Shown: one piece after another, positions 44,220-56,834 of the stretch | Layout of the letters: each line of letters begins with the position of its first letter | How positions within the stretch are numbered: the stretch's first letter is position 1 | Assembly: GCA_951406725.2 (NCBI GenBank) | Contig: OX597824.1 | Coordinates: 50,964,001 to 51,028,000, forward strand | Length of the DNA stretch: 64,000 bases | Direction: 5' to 3' | Source of the DNA: Octopus vulgaris | Lineage: Eukaryota | The notes under the pieces: model-generated | Told to the model about the DNA's origin: nothing | Seen by the model: the letters and a program-made list of their open reading frames with translations, nothing else | The model's database searches: none | Translations under genes and position numbers: made by a program

Positions 44220-44486
44220 CCTATCCATCATCTATCTATCTATCAGCCTATCTACCTATATTTCTATCTATCCAATTCCATTGTCTTGGAACATCAACCC
44301 CCCCCCTAAAAAATAATCTTCTTTTCTAAACAATATCCCAAAAAAACATGTTTTATATAAATGAACAAACTGTTTGTACGTTCACAAAATTTTATTTGAC
44401 AAGTTCTAGAGAGAAACGAAAGCGCTAATTATAATGAAGAAATAAAAGGATATTTTTCAAAATTCTAACGACGTTTTTTCTCAATA
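41458..44486. repeat. Large inverted repeat (arms ~41458-42519 and ~43703-44486, ~1.2 kb spacer)
   Basis: The inner ~430 bp of the arms differ at only about 7 positions. The outer parts are clearly more diverged. Both arms contain a (GATA)n/(TATC)n tract. Confidence 0.92.
42985..43640 (-). pseudogene. Decayed Penelope-like (Neptune-type) GIY-YIG region
   Basis: Minus translation with stops and frameshifts: KHLTRA..CEDRRYGTC..MNCKTQN*IYCIT..SKHLEICGERKFKIFSFY..RKAMELHFIKKFSPKLN. Confidence 0.7.
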
Positions 44487-44550
44487 TTCAATTCTGTACA
44501 CCACACCTTACACTCTATACATACACACATACACACACACGCACACGCAT

Positions 44551-44583
<33 letters not shown>

Positions 44584-44584
<1 letters not shown>

Positions 44585-44875
44585 ATTAGAAAAAAAAACA
44601 CCTTTCATCAATTCAAAATGAACAATTAAATTACACCAACTAGAAAATTACATATAATAGAAATGTTAAAATTAAAATAACAATAAAATGTCAATGATTA
44701 AGTAAATTGCAAAAAAATAATAAAAACGTATATAATTGGTGGAATAACGACACGTGTTTCGTGGCTATATTTAAGAAATGATAATAGTAGTAGTGAAATC
44801 ACTTCGATATAAATATAGTCACTCATCAGGTTAAAAATAAACTCGAATAATAAAATAATTAATTAATAAATATAC

Positions 44876-44943
<68 letters not shown>

Positions 44944-44997
44944 GGTGTAATTTAATTGTTCATTTTGAATTGATAAAAGGTGTTTTCTTTTTCTAAT
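44584..44997. repeat. ~54-bp inverted repeats flanking the HHR-bearing segment
   Basis: aattagaaaaaaaaacacctttcatcaattcaaaatgaacaattaaattacacc (~44584-44637) versus ggtgtaatttaattgttcattttgaattgataaaaggtgttttcttttctaatt (~44944-44997). Confidence 0.8.
44745..44833 (-). ncRNA. Hammerhead ribozyme motif (type I, canonical core)
   Basis: Minus strand: UAAC-CUGAUGA-GUGACUAUAUUUA..UAAAUAUAGCCAC-GAAA-CACGUG-UC-GUUA. 12/13-bp stem II, palindromic ACACGUGU stem III, GUC triplet. Confidence 0.85.
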
Positions 44998-45092
44998 TTT
45001 TTATATATATATTATATTGTGTGAAATTTGATTTAGTATTTCTAAATTGAATTTTTCTGCCTGTAAGTTTGGATTTTATTCCCTCAAATAAC

Positions 45093-45157
<65 letters not shown>

Positions 45158-45400
45158 ACACTTCTAATATAGAATAAAATGTTTTCAAAAAATTCATCAA
45201 GTGGTCAGCATATTAAAATACCTTTTAATGTGAAAATTATAACCAATTATAAATAAGGGCAAATGAAAAATTTTTTATGCCAATACGCTGAGAAATAGAC
45301 TTTAAATCGTCAATCACCACATTGCAATACACATCATTATGAATACACATCGTGCTGACACGAGGAAAGCAAGCTAACAGAATTTTTTTTTTATTCATTA

Positions 45401-45458
45401 TCGCTGTATCGAATTATTTCGGGATTAATCCAACGGATTTTTAACGCATCAGCAGAGA
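45401..45458 (-). ncRNA. Degenerate hammerhead-like motif
   Basis: Minus strand: UCUCUG-CUGAUGC-..AAUCC GUU GGAUU..-GAAA-UAAUUCGA-UA-CAGCGA. A9 is mutated and stem III is eroded. Confidence 0.4.
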
Positions 45459-45561
45459 ATAAGATAATAAATAAATGAAATACTTACAAGCACCCATGGA
45501 AAAAAGCAGAAGCAAAAAAAGTCATGTGTACACATAAGTACATATGTACTTATATACATAA

Positions 45562-45640
<79 letters not shown>

Positions 45641-45643
<3 letters not shown>

Positions 45644-46469
45644 TATTAAAAAGGATGAAGCTTTTTTCTCTACAGAAAAAAATTCCATCAGGAAGTGTGG
45701 CAGTATATTAAAGAACCTTTACGGTTAAAAATTATAAATATCTTATAAGCAAGGGCTAAAGAAGATTATTCTAAAGCCAATATACTGATATTCCACATTT
45801 AATCCGCTTGCTACATAAAATTGAACTGAAAATCGGGCAACTAACCGTTGGAACGTTTAAGTTTCGTTATCTCAATATTGAATCAAATTACAGAAAAAAA
45901 TTTCAGTTCAATTTTATGTAGCAAGCGGATTAAATGTGGAATATCAGTATATTGGCTTTAGAATAATCTTCTTTAGCCCTTGCTTATAAGATATTTATAA
46001 TTTTTAACCGTAAAGGTTCTTTAATATACTGCCACACTTCCTGATGGATTTTTTCTGTAGAGAAAAAAGCTTCATCCTTTTTAATAGTAGTAAACTCATT
46101 ACCACCTGCTACAAGAGACTTGTAACCTCTACAATATGTAGCGGCGAGAAGTCATGTTGTCCTGAGACTGACCTAGGAATTTTTATTTTTAGATATAATT
46201 GAGATACTTAAATGTATTTGTGTTATCCGCTTCGGGTGTTTCCATGGACGCATGTGAGTACCTTACTTATATCCCCTCGTACGCTCAACTGATGAAGATC
46301 GAATCCTTGTGTGGTTAATTCCGAAATTGATTCAATATTGAGAGAACGAAACTTAAACGTTCCAACGGTTAGTTGCCCGATTTTCAGTTCAATTTTATGT
46401 AGCAAGCGGATTAAATGTGGAATATCGGTATATTGGCTTTAGAATAATCTTCTTTAGCCCTTGCTTATA

Positions 46470-46474
<5 letters not shown>
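45641..46474. repeat. Inverted-plus-tandem repeat unit (PLE pLTR-like) flanked by (TA)n
   Basis: 45641-45831 is the reverse complement of 45901-46089. ~45738-45886 is the reverse complement of 46327-46474. Contains the HHR at 46284. Confidence 0.85.
46284..46342 (+). ncRNA. Hammerhead ribozyme motif (type I)
   Basis: CUCAA-CUGAUGA-(27 nt, weak stem II)-GAAA-UUGAUUCAA-UA-UUGAG. 5-bp stem I, near-palindromic stem III, AUA triplet. Confidence 0.65.
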
Positions 46475-46546
<72 letters not shown>

Positions 46547-46549
<3 letters not shown>

Positions 46550-47680
46550 GGTGCAGTGAATAAACTGTCGTGTAAATTACGCAAAAATGAAAATAACAAT
46601 GACATCTCATTTTAACAGATATATTTATGAAAAGTATATTAAAATATCTTGAAATACTAAAGAGTGAATTTTTTCAATAAAATCGCCATTGGCTTCAACA
46701 ACAGCCTCCAGACGACTTCAGAATTTCCTGCAATTCTTCTGGACGTTCTCCTTGTTTATGTTGGAGAATGCTGCCATAATCCTTTCCTTCAGTTCGTCAA
46801 GAAGTTTTGTCGGTCTCTCGCTCAACTGCACCCCACACCTAATAATCAAAAGGGCTGCAGTGTGGGGAGTTAGGTGGCCAGATGTTGGGCGTGATGTGGT
46901 CGCAGAACTTGCCTGACAGCCGTGACTGGGTTCTCCTGCTTATGTGGAATGGTACAGTGTGCTGTTGCCAGACATAGGGTCTTCCAGCAATCACCTTCTT
47001 GATGCAGTGCAGTACTACCTCCTCAAGGCACTTGATGTAGGCCTCTGCGTTGACTCTGAAGCCGTATGGGAAGATGAATGGAGGCTAAACGTCGCCGTCA
47101 CTAGTGACCACTCCAAACACCATGATGTTGACTGAATATTTAGTTTTTATCACACGCGGTACCTGTTATGGGGAGTCGGCAAGCCAACAGTTGTTCTGTG
47201 CTTTAGTCTACGCCCGATTACAACAACATGAAAACGATTGCATAGACTAATGACTAAACGTACTCTAATGCACATAAAACCAACTCGGACACAAACGGAA
47301 AAGCTTTCACATGATCACAGAGGCGTGAAATGGAAATTCGAATCACGAAAGAATGCATTCGTTTTCAATAAGCAATATACTCTATAACATGTATTGATTA
47401 CACTCTTGCCTTTTCATTGATAAAGGGATCCTGCCAGAAATTTTCCTCCTCTGAGAAAAACAAAAGCATGTTCGGTTGTAGGGGATGCTTGAGTTTGTTC
47501 AAAAGCTTCGCAGCGCAGTACAGCATGTCACTTCCAAAATTCTGGCAGAGCGTCATAGTGCCATTTTTCTCAAAGACGGTGTCTAACTGACCCTGCAAAA
47601 CAGTGAATTCGACAAAATCCCCAACAGGACAATAGGCATGCGTGAAATTCTAAATATAAAATAGCAACAATTGCACCCTG
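46547..47680 (-). mobile_element. Internally deleted Tc1/mariner-superfamily (DDxD, maT-like) transposon
   Basis: Termini TA|CAGGGTGCA...TGCACCCTG. Minus translation gives KLLNKLKHPLQPNMLLFFSEEENFWQD and WPPNSPHCSPFDY*VWG..SRLEAVVEANGDFIEK. Confidence 0.85.
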
Positions 47681-47718
47681 TGTGTGTGTATGGAGAGAGA
47701 GAGGGAGAGAGAGAGAGA

Positions 47719-47761
<43 letters not shown>

Positions 47762-47790
47762 ACACATATACATATAAATACATATATATA

Positions 47791-48011
47791 CAGTAATCCC
47801 TCACCATATCGTGGTCCACATATCGCGGTTTATCATTTAAGCTTACGTCGATTCCTCCCTAGTGTTGTTTTGCATTTATAATAAAATAAATATATACAAA
47901 TTATAAAGACAATACAAAAAATATACAGTACAGTACTGTTTCTACTTCACGGATTTTCACATATTACGGGGGCTTTGGAACGTAACAACCGTGATAATCG
48001 AGGGATTACTG
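47791..48011. mobile_element. pogo/Tigger-type MITE
   Basis: TA|CAGTAATCCCTC...GAGGGATTACTG|TA terminal inverted repeats with a TA duplication. Confidence 0.85.
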
Positions 48012-48016
48012 TATAC

Positions 48017-48053
<37 letters not shown>

Positions 48054-49551
48054 CGTGCGTGCGTGACTCCGTGTGTGTGTGAGAGATAGAGATAGAGAGA
48101 GGGAGTGTGTGTGTGTGTGTGTGTGTGTTTATAGTGAGAGAAAGTATGGATAGAAGAAATCTGCCGCACGCATTCAAATATGACTGTATTGCTTTTTATC
48201 AATAAAAGGGCAAGTGTGTACTCAATACATGTCATAGAGTATATTGTTTATTGAAACCGAATGCATTCTTTCGTGATTCGAGTTTTACGCCTCTGTGATC
48301 ATGTGAAAAATTTTCCGTTTGTGTCCGAGCTGGTTTTATGTGCATTAGCGTACGTTTAGTCATTAGTCTATGTTGTTGTAATCGGGCGTTGACTAAAGCA
48401 TTTCATGTTTCAGTTTCCATATAGTTGTTTGTTCTGTATTATCAATAGTTCGCTTTTCTGTTGTCTACCTGTACAACATTTTTTATATCCGGTTTCTCTG
48501 AAATTGTTTGTCAGTATATCGTTTTCCATTGGCTAACATGGTTGTTGTGTCTCGGCTTATTGACTGCGAAATCGTCTCCTGTTTTGTTAGACAGTCTTCT
48601 GTTTTGCTACGATTGTTTATTGCACATTCATTTGTCAGTTCAGTAGTCATTCTGTATTCACCTATCGTTTATGCTATATCTATTTTGTTTTGCTAATTTT
48701 GTGATTCTGTCTACTTCAAAACTGCCTATTTGATATCTGCAACTGCTACAGAAAATTTTAATCCAAATATTCTGGGGAGTGTTTGTAGTCATATTTATCT
48801 AATCTGTCATTATTTTCATATCGTAACCTGCTATGCTGTTCTGTTGGTGCTTTGGTGTTGTTGGGCATGTATTGCTATTTCCTCTGGTGTTGCCTCATCG
48901 GATGTTTATTCTGTGTGTAGTTCGGCACCCTTTTCAGAAGTGAACTTATGATGTTGTTTATAACAGGAAAAATGTCCAGAAACGGAGGTTGAACTGCTAG
49001 ATCACGTGATTTGTGCGTATTTACGCATCATTGTCAGCAGATATCGATTATCCCCGCATGCTTAGACAAATTTCCCCTCCACTGATTTATAGAATAACGG
49101 AGACTAATCAGTCACTGGTTTCGCAAATAACTGTCGGGTTGGGTAAAAATCCATTACATTCGACAGATGCAGTATCGAAAAGCAATCTGTATATCTTATT
49201 TAACGTGGTTATAATTTTAAAAAAGCCTCAATACAGCGGCACTTGACTTGAAAATATTTCTCCTATAGTCGCATTGTTTTAGTATTTTCAATGCATTTAG
49301 AGAAGGTCATTTGCTCAGCTGATATAGATTTTGTAAGGGAGGGAACATTTGACAAAATACGTTTTTTTCTCAAAGTAAAAAATGCATTAAACATTACTCA
49401 TTTTGCTCCATCCGCCTCTACATGTGAAAAGCTTTCTCCTACTCTTTTGCATAGCAAAAGTTTTGTTCAGGTCCTGAAAATTAATCGTATGTAACACATC
49501 TATTTCTATACTTAATAAAAAAAATAAGGCATCCTGAGTATTATTTTAGCA

Positions 49552-49902
49552 CAGTGGTTCACAATTAGAGTCCATATGGTCTCTGAGGGTACATATAAGA
49601 TTTTTAGAGGATCCACTCAAGCAAAATAGTAAAGTGGGAATCTACAATAGTCTTTTAAGGGCTCCTGAAAAAATTCTGCCATCGATATATGTATTGTTAT
49701 GTCTTGCAAGAAGCAGTTAGGTTTCTTTCTCTAACACTTTACATACTTCAACCTACACAAGTTAATGTGTGAAAAACAAAAGAGGAATTTTGAAAGAAAT
49801 TTCTATAAAACTAGTTTTTCAACATCAGATGGCTGTGGGGGTCCACCCAAATGAAATATTAATCAAAGGGGTCCATAGATAAAACATGGTTGAGGACCTC
49901 TG
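49552..49902. mobile_element. hAT-type MITE
   Basis: Ends CAGTGGTTCACAA / TTGAGGACCTCTG, with a perfect 8-bp TSD TTTTAGCA at 49544-49551 and 49903-49910. Confidence 0.85.
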
Positions 49903-50318
49903 TTTTAGCAAGTTTAAAGTGATTTCTTTTCTGCCATGAACCATTGACCATTCCTTTGGTGCCCTAAATACGTATTTATTTTGCTTACAGGTTAATCCAG
50001 CTCTGGATCTAGGTATTTGTTTCAAGTTATAGATTATATGCAATAATTTGATTGAATAATACCCATTTTAGTGAACATCAGGAACAGGACAGAATAAGTC
50101 ACTTGATTCTCTTTACAAGCGTATCTGTCGCATATGTCAATGTTAATTATGAATTAACTATAATCCATACACATACACATACACGCGCTTGTGCACACAC
50201 GCACCATGCACACACATACACAATCACACAAACACATACATTCACAAACACGCGCGTACACACATATATAATTTATACTTATATACAAATATCTATCTAT
50301 TTCTCTCTCTCTCTCTCT

Positions 50319-50365
<47 letters not shown>

Positions 50366-50526
50366 CTATCGTCAATATGAATTTAATAAAATAATTCATT
50401 ACCAGTGGTTAGCATGCATAAATGAAAGTCATAAGACAGAACCTTTTTTAATGGATAAAGACATAGCAGTCTTGCGCACGTGTTTTCTGTACGTATTTGC
50501 AACTACATAATTATTCATAAATTAGT

Positions 50527-50599
50527 GATCCCGCTGACGATCTACAGATTCCAACTTTTGCGTATTTGGAAATTAAGAGTGAAACTCGAGTTCGGGATT
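50527..50599 (+). ncRNA. Hammerhead ribozyme motif (type I)
   Basis: GAUCCCG-CUGACGA-UCU..UUCCAA..UUGGAA..AGAGU-GAAA-CUCGAG-UU-CGGGAUU. Palindromic stem III (AACUCGAGUU). Lies in a ~345-bp segment (50364-50708) embedded in (TA)n. Confidence 0.75.
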
Positions 50600-50707
50600 A
50601 ACTAACTCTTTTTTTGTTCGTTCTAGTGTTATAACAGTGTGCTTTATTAATTCTTTTTTCGTGGTTTGGGCTTTGACTGCCATTTCTTGCATGTAAGAAG
50701 TCCTACT

Positions 50708-50747
<40 letters not shown>

Positions 50748-51060
50748 GTACAGGACATCATCAACGAGTGAAAAATGCGTAAACACACGAGAAATAAGTA
50801 CAGGACAAAACACCAAACGAAGGTAACTCGCTCGTCTTAAATATATATATAGCAAGAGAGAGATTAGATAGATCGATAGATAGATGTGTGTGCGCGTGTG
50901 CGTGTGTGTATGTGTGTTTATATCTAAGATTTCATTGTACACAGTAAAAATGACGTTTTTATATCGGTTGGTAGACAAAAGCACTGATCAGCAAACAGCT
51001 TGTTCGCTGAAAGTATAGACAGAGCCATCGGCTTTGTTTAAGCACAGAGTTCCAGCTGCT

Positions 51061-51104
51061 TCTGTCTGACGAGATACAACATATCAAAACACTGGTATTG
51101 CAGA
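51061..51104 (+). ncRNA. Degenerate hammerhead-like motif
   Basis: UCUGU-CUGACGA-GAUA CAACA UAUC-AAAA-CACUGGUA-UU-GCAGA. Stems I and II pair. G12 changed to A, which is compatible with CpG decay. Confidence 0.45.
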
Positions 51105-51632
51105 ATGCTGCGCGATGATGTGACGAGTGTATTGAACTCACTGTCATCGTGAAAGGGAGAAGTTATCCTCCAATGACATACAGTATAGTGACCAGCGTAT
51201 GTTGCTTCTATTTTATTGACTCTGAAAGGATGAAAAGCAAAGTGAACGTCCGCGGAACTTAAAACCAGAACGTGAAGGCGGGTGAAATGCCGCTAAGCAT
51301 TTTACTTAGCGTGCTAACGATCCTACCAGTTCATCGCCTTCACGACATTAAATATCAAAGATTCAATTCAGATTTGAACATGTAACAGAGGGTTATATAA
51401 ATTAGGACTAGCTGTGTACTGTTGCGGTCGTCACTCCATGCAGATCATGATGGGAAGTAAAAGAAATCCGTTATGATGAAAGGGTGAGGTAGAGAGAAAG
51501 GGAGAGAGAGAAAGAGAGACGGAGGCGGAAAGAGATAGAGATAGAAAGGAAAGAGACTATGATTGTGAAATGGTGAAAAGGTGTTTGATAGCTAAACAGA
51601 GAAGAAGAAGGAAAAAGAAAGAGGAGTGAAGA

Positions 51633-51668
<36 letters not shown>

Positions 51669-52099
51669 GGTGGAAGAGTGTTGGGGATAGAGATGAGAAG
51701 AGAAATAGGGTAGGAGAGTGAATGGAAAGGTAGTGGATGTGAAAGTGCGGCACAAAGTGATGACATAAATGTCAATTTGTGACTGCTCTTTGGCTGTAAA
51801 GTCCTCACTCACCCTTACACACACACGCACACGCACACACACACACACGCACACACGCGCGCGCGCACACACACACACACCTACGCACGCGCGCACACAA
51901 CAAATATTGTTTCCTCTTGTGAGTTTTCTATTATTTACTTTATAAATTCTCTCCATTTAACAAAAATCTCCACCAACAAACAAACACATCTCAGTTTCAA
52001 CCATTTCGTTTTTTCCGGTTCGCTACTTTACCACTCCGACATTCCTAACGGCAGAAAAAAATGTTATCCATTATGGTTGCTTCTTATTGATCTTCCTCT

Positions 52100-52115
52100 G
52101 GTAGTAGTAGTAGTT

Positions 52116-52162
<47 letters not shown>

Positions 52163-52730
52163 TGAAGATGATGGGGGAAGAGGATGATGATGATAATTAT
52201 GATGATGACGTCGATAACGACAAAGATGGTAGTGGTGGTGCTGCTGGTGGCGGCGGCGGCGTTGGTGATGGCAGTGGTGGTGGTTTTTGTAATGGTAGTA
52301 GTGGTGGTGGTGGTGGTGGTGGTGGTGGTGCTGTTGTTGCTACTGCTGCTGCTGCTGCTGTTGATGATGATGATGATATTGAAAAAGAAGAAGAAGAAGA
52401 AGAAGAAGGAGGAGGAGGAGAAGAAGAAGAAGAAGAAGAAGAAGAAGAAGAAGAAGAAGAAGAAGAAGAAGAAGAAGAAGATTAAGACGACGACGACGAC
52501 GATGGGGATAAAAATGGACATGAGGAAATGAAGAAGAAAAGAAACAAGATGGCTATTAATGAAGACAGTGATTACAATTACGGTTACGATTCTAATTATG
52601 ATTATGATCCTGTATACGAACTTGGTGTTCAAATGTCAAGCGAAGAAGTTCCCTTTAGATTTTGCTTCTATTGTCGTAGCTTTGGTTGCGTTTGTTGTTG
52701 TTGCCGCTGCTGCTCTTGTGGTAAATTTTG

Positions 52731-52824
<94 letters not shown>

Positions 52825-52900
52825 CAGTAGTAGTAGTTGTAGTAGTAGTAGTTGTAGTAGTAGTAGTAGTATTGGAAGTAGTAGTAGTATTGTTGTTGTT
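52100..52900. repeat. Mosaic trinucleotide microsatellites (TAG, GAT, GGT, GAA, TAT)
   Basis: Directly visible. These generate the homopolymeric ORFs in the track. Confidence 0.9.
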
Positions 52901-53024
52901 GTTTTATATTATTTCTTATTTTTGTTTTGTTTTCGAATTCTCGTAGCGCCGCTCTTTTCTCAGTGAATGTCCATCAAAGAAAAAGGAAAAAAGAAAAATA
53001 GAGATTAATACTCAATAGATAATA

Positions 53025-53078
<54 letters not shown>

Positions 53079-53398
53079 TACACACACACACACACACGTC
53101 AGAAATTCAGATATGAATTATATATACCAATATCCACACTCACTTTCTCACACAGACGTACGCACGTGACATGCATATACATACGCATGCACGTACATGA
53201 AGATATATTAATGTGTGTGTGTATGTACATATATATGTATGTACATATGCACACACACACGTATTTTATGGCTATATGTCTTATATGCATTCATGTATTC
53301 TCAATTATTCTCACACTTGTGTGAACAGAGTAACATTTTTATAGGTTAATAGACGGCGTAGCGCCTTGAATGTTCAGTTTATATATATATATATATAT

Positions 53399-53613
53399 CT
53401 CTTTACTCTTTACTCTTTTACTTGTTTCAGTCATTTGACTGCGGCCATGCTGGAGCACCGCCTTTAGTCGAGCAAATCGACCCCGGAACTTATTCTTTGT
53501 AAGCCCAGTACTTATTCTATCGGTCTCTTTTGCCGAACCGCTAAGTGACGGGGACGTAAACACACCAGCATCGGTTGTCAGGCAATGCTAGGGGGACAAA
53601 CACAGACACACAA

Positions 53614-53646
<33 letters not shown>

Positions 53647-53817
53647 CATATATACGACAGGCTTCTTTCAGTTTCCGTCTACCAAATCCACTCACAAGGC
53701 ATTGGTCGGCCCGGGGCTATAGCAGAAGACACTTGCCCAAGATGCCACGCAGTGGGACTGAACCCGGAACCATGTGGTTGGTTAGCAAGCTACTTACCAC
53801 ACAGCCACTCCTGCGCC
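53399..53817 (-). mobile_element. SINE family A copy (young)
   Basis: Nearly identical to 26688-27105. Confidence 0.9.
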
Positions 53818-53845
53818 TATATAAGAGTGAAAGTGTATAAAAAGA

Positions 53846-53896
<51 letters not shown>

Positions 53897-54860
53897 GTAT
53901 ATATATATATATTTATATATAAACAAGTCAAATTGCGATAATGTATATATATATATATTTATATATATTTATTTTTATATATTTATATATACATTTATAT
54001 TTATATATATATATATATATATTTATATACATATGTATATTTATATATATTTATATATATATATTTTTATATATTTATATATGTGTGCGTGTTTGTGTGT
54101 GTATATGTTTATATTTAAATACAAATATATATATACATATATACATATATATAGATATAGATATAGATATAGATATAGATATAGATATAGATATATATTG
54201 ATATATATATATATATATTGATATATATATATATATATACATATATATAGATGTGCATACATATATTGTAGGCTTTATGGTGAAAAATTATTTGTAATTT
54301 TTTATGTTATTCTTTTTTTTTATCCCTGGTAACGTTCTCACAGAATAAGAAAAAGAAAACGAAAATATATCATAGAAATTATATCTATCTAAATTTAGTG
54401 TAGTTTCTATTGACCTTCTATTTCAAAAGACCAAAATACTCTGCTTCTGTTAGTGTATTTGAAGTACGCAAAATCTGACATTTTTTCTTGAAAGCAAGGC
54501 AACATCACCACCACCACCACCACCACCACCGACAACAACAGCAACAACAACAACAACAACAACAACAACTGCAACAACAACAACAACAACTGCAACAACA
54601 ACAACTGCAACAACAACAACAACAACAACAACATCAACAACGACAGCAACAATAACAGCAACAACATTAATAATAATGACTACAATATCGTATGCAATTG
54701 CAACAGCAGACAAAATGTAACATTAAAAATAACACTTGGGCAAACACAGAGATGTTGCTTGCTGGCAAACTTTACGATAGGTTAGGTGAAAGAGGAACAA
54801 CGCCAAAAATGGCTTACAGAATTATCACTCAACTGTAAGAGAACAATATTTTATGAACCA

Positions 54861-54986
<126 letters not shown>

Positions 54987-56834
54987 AAGAGTAAAAATGA
55001 TAAAAATAATGAATGTAAACACTTACTAAAGACAAAGTAATGGAAACTCTATTCCAATATGTCCCATAACTGCAAAAACCAGTCAGTGATCACGAGAGAC
55101 CTTGTTTAAATCGACCCCCACCCTCAAATCTGCGAAATACTTCAATCTATCGTGAATTTATTGCAATAAAGACAATACTACAATAGACAGAAAAACATAA
55201 TTGTGCTCTATTGAGGAAATGAGATTTTTTTTTTTTGCTTTGTTGGTTTTCATGGGGTTGGCTTTTATAGTAACCTTTGCTGTGGACATCAGATCTCTGA
55301 AATTTTGAGAAATGTCAAGGTTTGTTTTCCCTCAATCAGTACCTAAAATATGAAAGCATAACAGGAATAATTCCGTGTGTCTGGCTGTGCAGTTCTATCT
55401 CTGTGATAGTGAAATCACAAAACAGAAACCATCGAAAGAAGTATTCTTGTTTGCTAAGGACTGTTTATAAGGTAGAATTACTGCACGTTTATAAGGAGCA
55501 ATTTTAGCATTGCTTCTTTATAAACAGTACATAATATTTTCTTTCTACACAGCATAAAACTATACTCGTTAAACCTAGGTATTAATCATCTTCATTGGGT
55601 CCAACATGTCGAAATCACTCAAAGATCGTTATTTACTGTTTAATCCTAATCAGCTACCAACTGAATTCGGAATCCAGGCAGATACCACCCAGAATCTGGT
55701 TTCAAACGTAGTAAAACATTTTTCGATGTTTACTGCAGTTTTACATGAATATAAATGCCCAATTCAGTCCCTAACCTACAGAGAATGTAAGCTTAATGTG
55801 ACTGATTGTATTCTAGATAGGGTATGGATAGTTTTATTTGGGTACTGATTCGACAATAATCTAAAGGATAACGAAACATCCAGTTATACTTACTAGGAGA
55901 TCCAGGGTAACTGCTGAACGATATTTAACACACATTTAGCTCACCAAGGAGAAAAGGGCACCACAAATTTTCCCAGTGCCTGATATGCCATAGTACAAAC
56001 AGCAATTTATAACAGATTTTGTTTTAATAAATATTTAGATGTTGAAAAATTGCACTATCTTATGTTGCTCTAATTATAAGTAAATAATATCAATGTATTG
56101 ATTTCTGCTGGTTAATGTAAAAATGATGACTAACAGATTATATCTAATATCGCTGTGTGGTCTGTTCTGGAAGGAAAATGAATTTTATGATGATTTTTAA
56201 AAGATTTTTTAATTCCGACACGGTGTATCGAAAGCTGCGTTTTCTAGTCAGTTACTCTATTTTTAAGCCGGTAAAGTGGAGACTGAAATTAATGTACTAC
56301 TGGTGACTATTTTATCGGTATACGCTTCGATTAAGCTATAGTGAGTCATAAAATCCTGGACACTGTAAAGTGTCGAGTGTGAAACAGTGTCGCGTCTGCT
56401 TTCTAACTACCATCCTGCAAAATTAAGCAAGAATTCCTTAGGCATGCAGTTTGAGAAACTGGAGAAAGAGGCAAAATTAACTGTCAGGAGTTTAATTCAA
56501 TGTAGGCACAATTTATTGTTATTCGTTCCCGCTGTCTTTCGCTCCCTGAAACTAAAGGAATGCAAAAAACAATAAGAGAACCTATACATGTTATTTGAAT
56601 CTGTTAAAAATGACAGACAAATATATCTCAAATGACATCATACTACCTTCAAAACTGTAGGAGATATTCTGGATTTCTGTTTTTAAAATCTACATAGTTA
56701 GGTCTTGGTTACCTTTGAGCGTAGAGCTGAGATCAAATGGTTAAGAAAAAGCAGCACACCGAATTAGTGAAACAAGTGAAGAGAGAAAAGATAAAAGAAG
56801 TAAAGAGATAAGAAAAAAGGATGAAGGAATAGTA

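Noticed and set aside
52162-52485. Gly/Asp/Glu-rich 107-aa ORF resembling an acidic protein
   Set aside because: It is a mosaic of trinucleotide repeats that is open in several frames on both strands.
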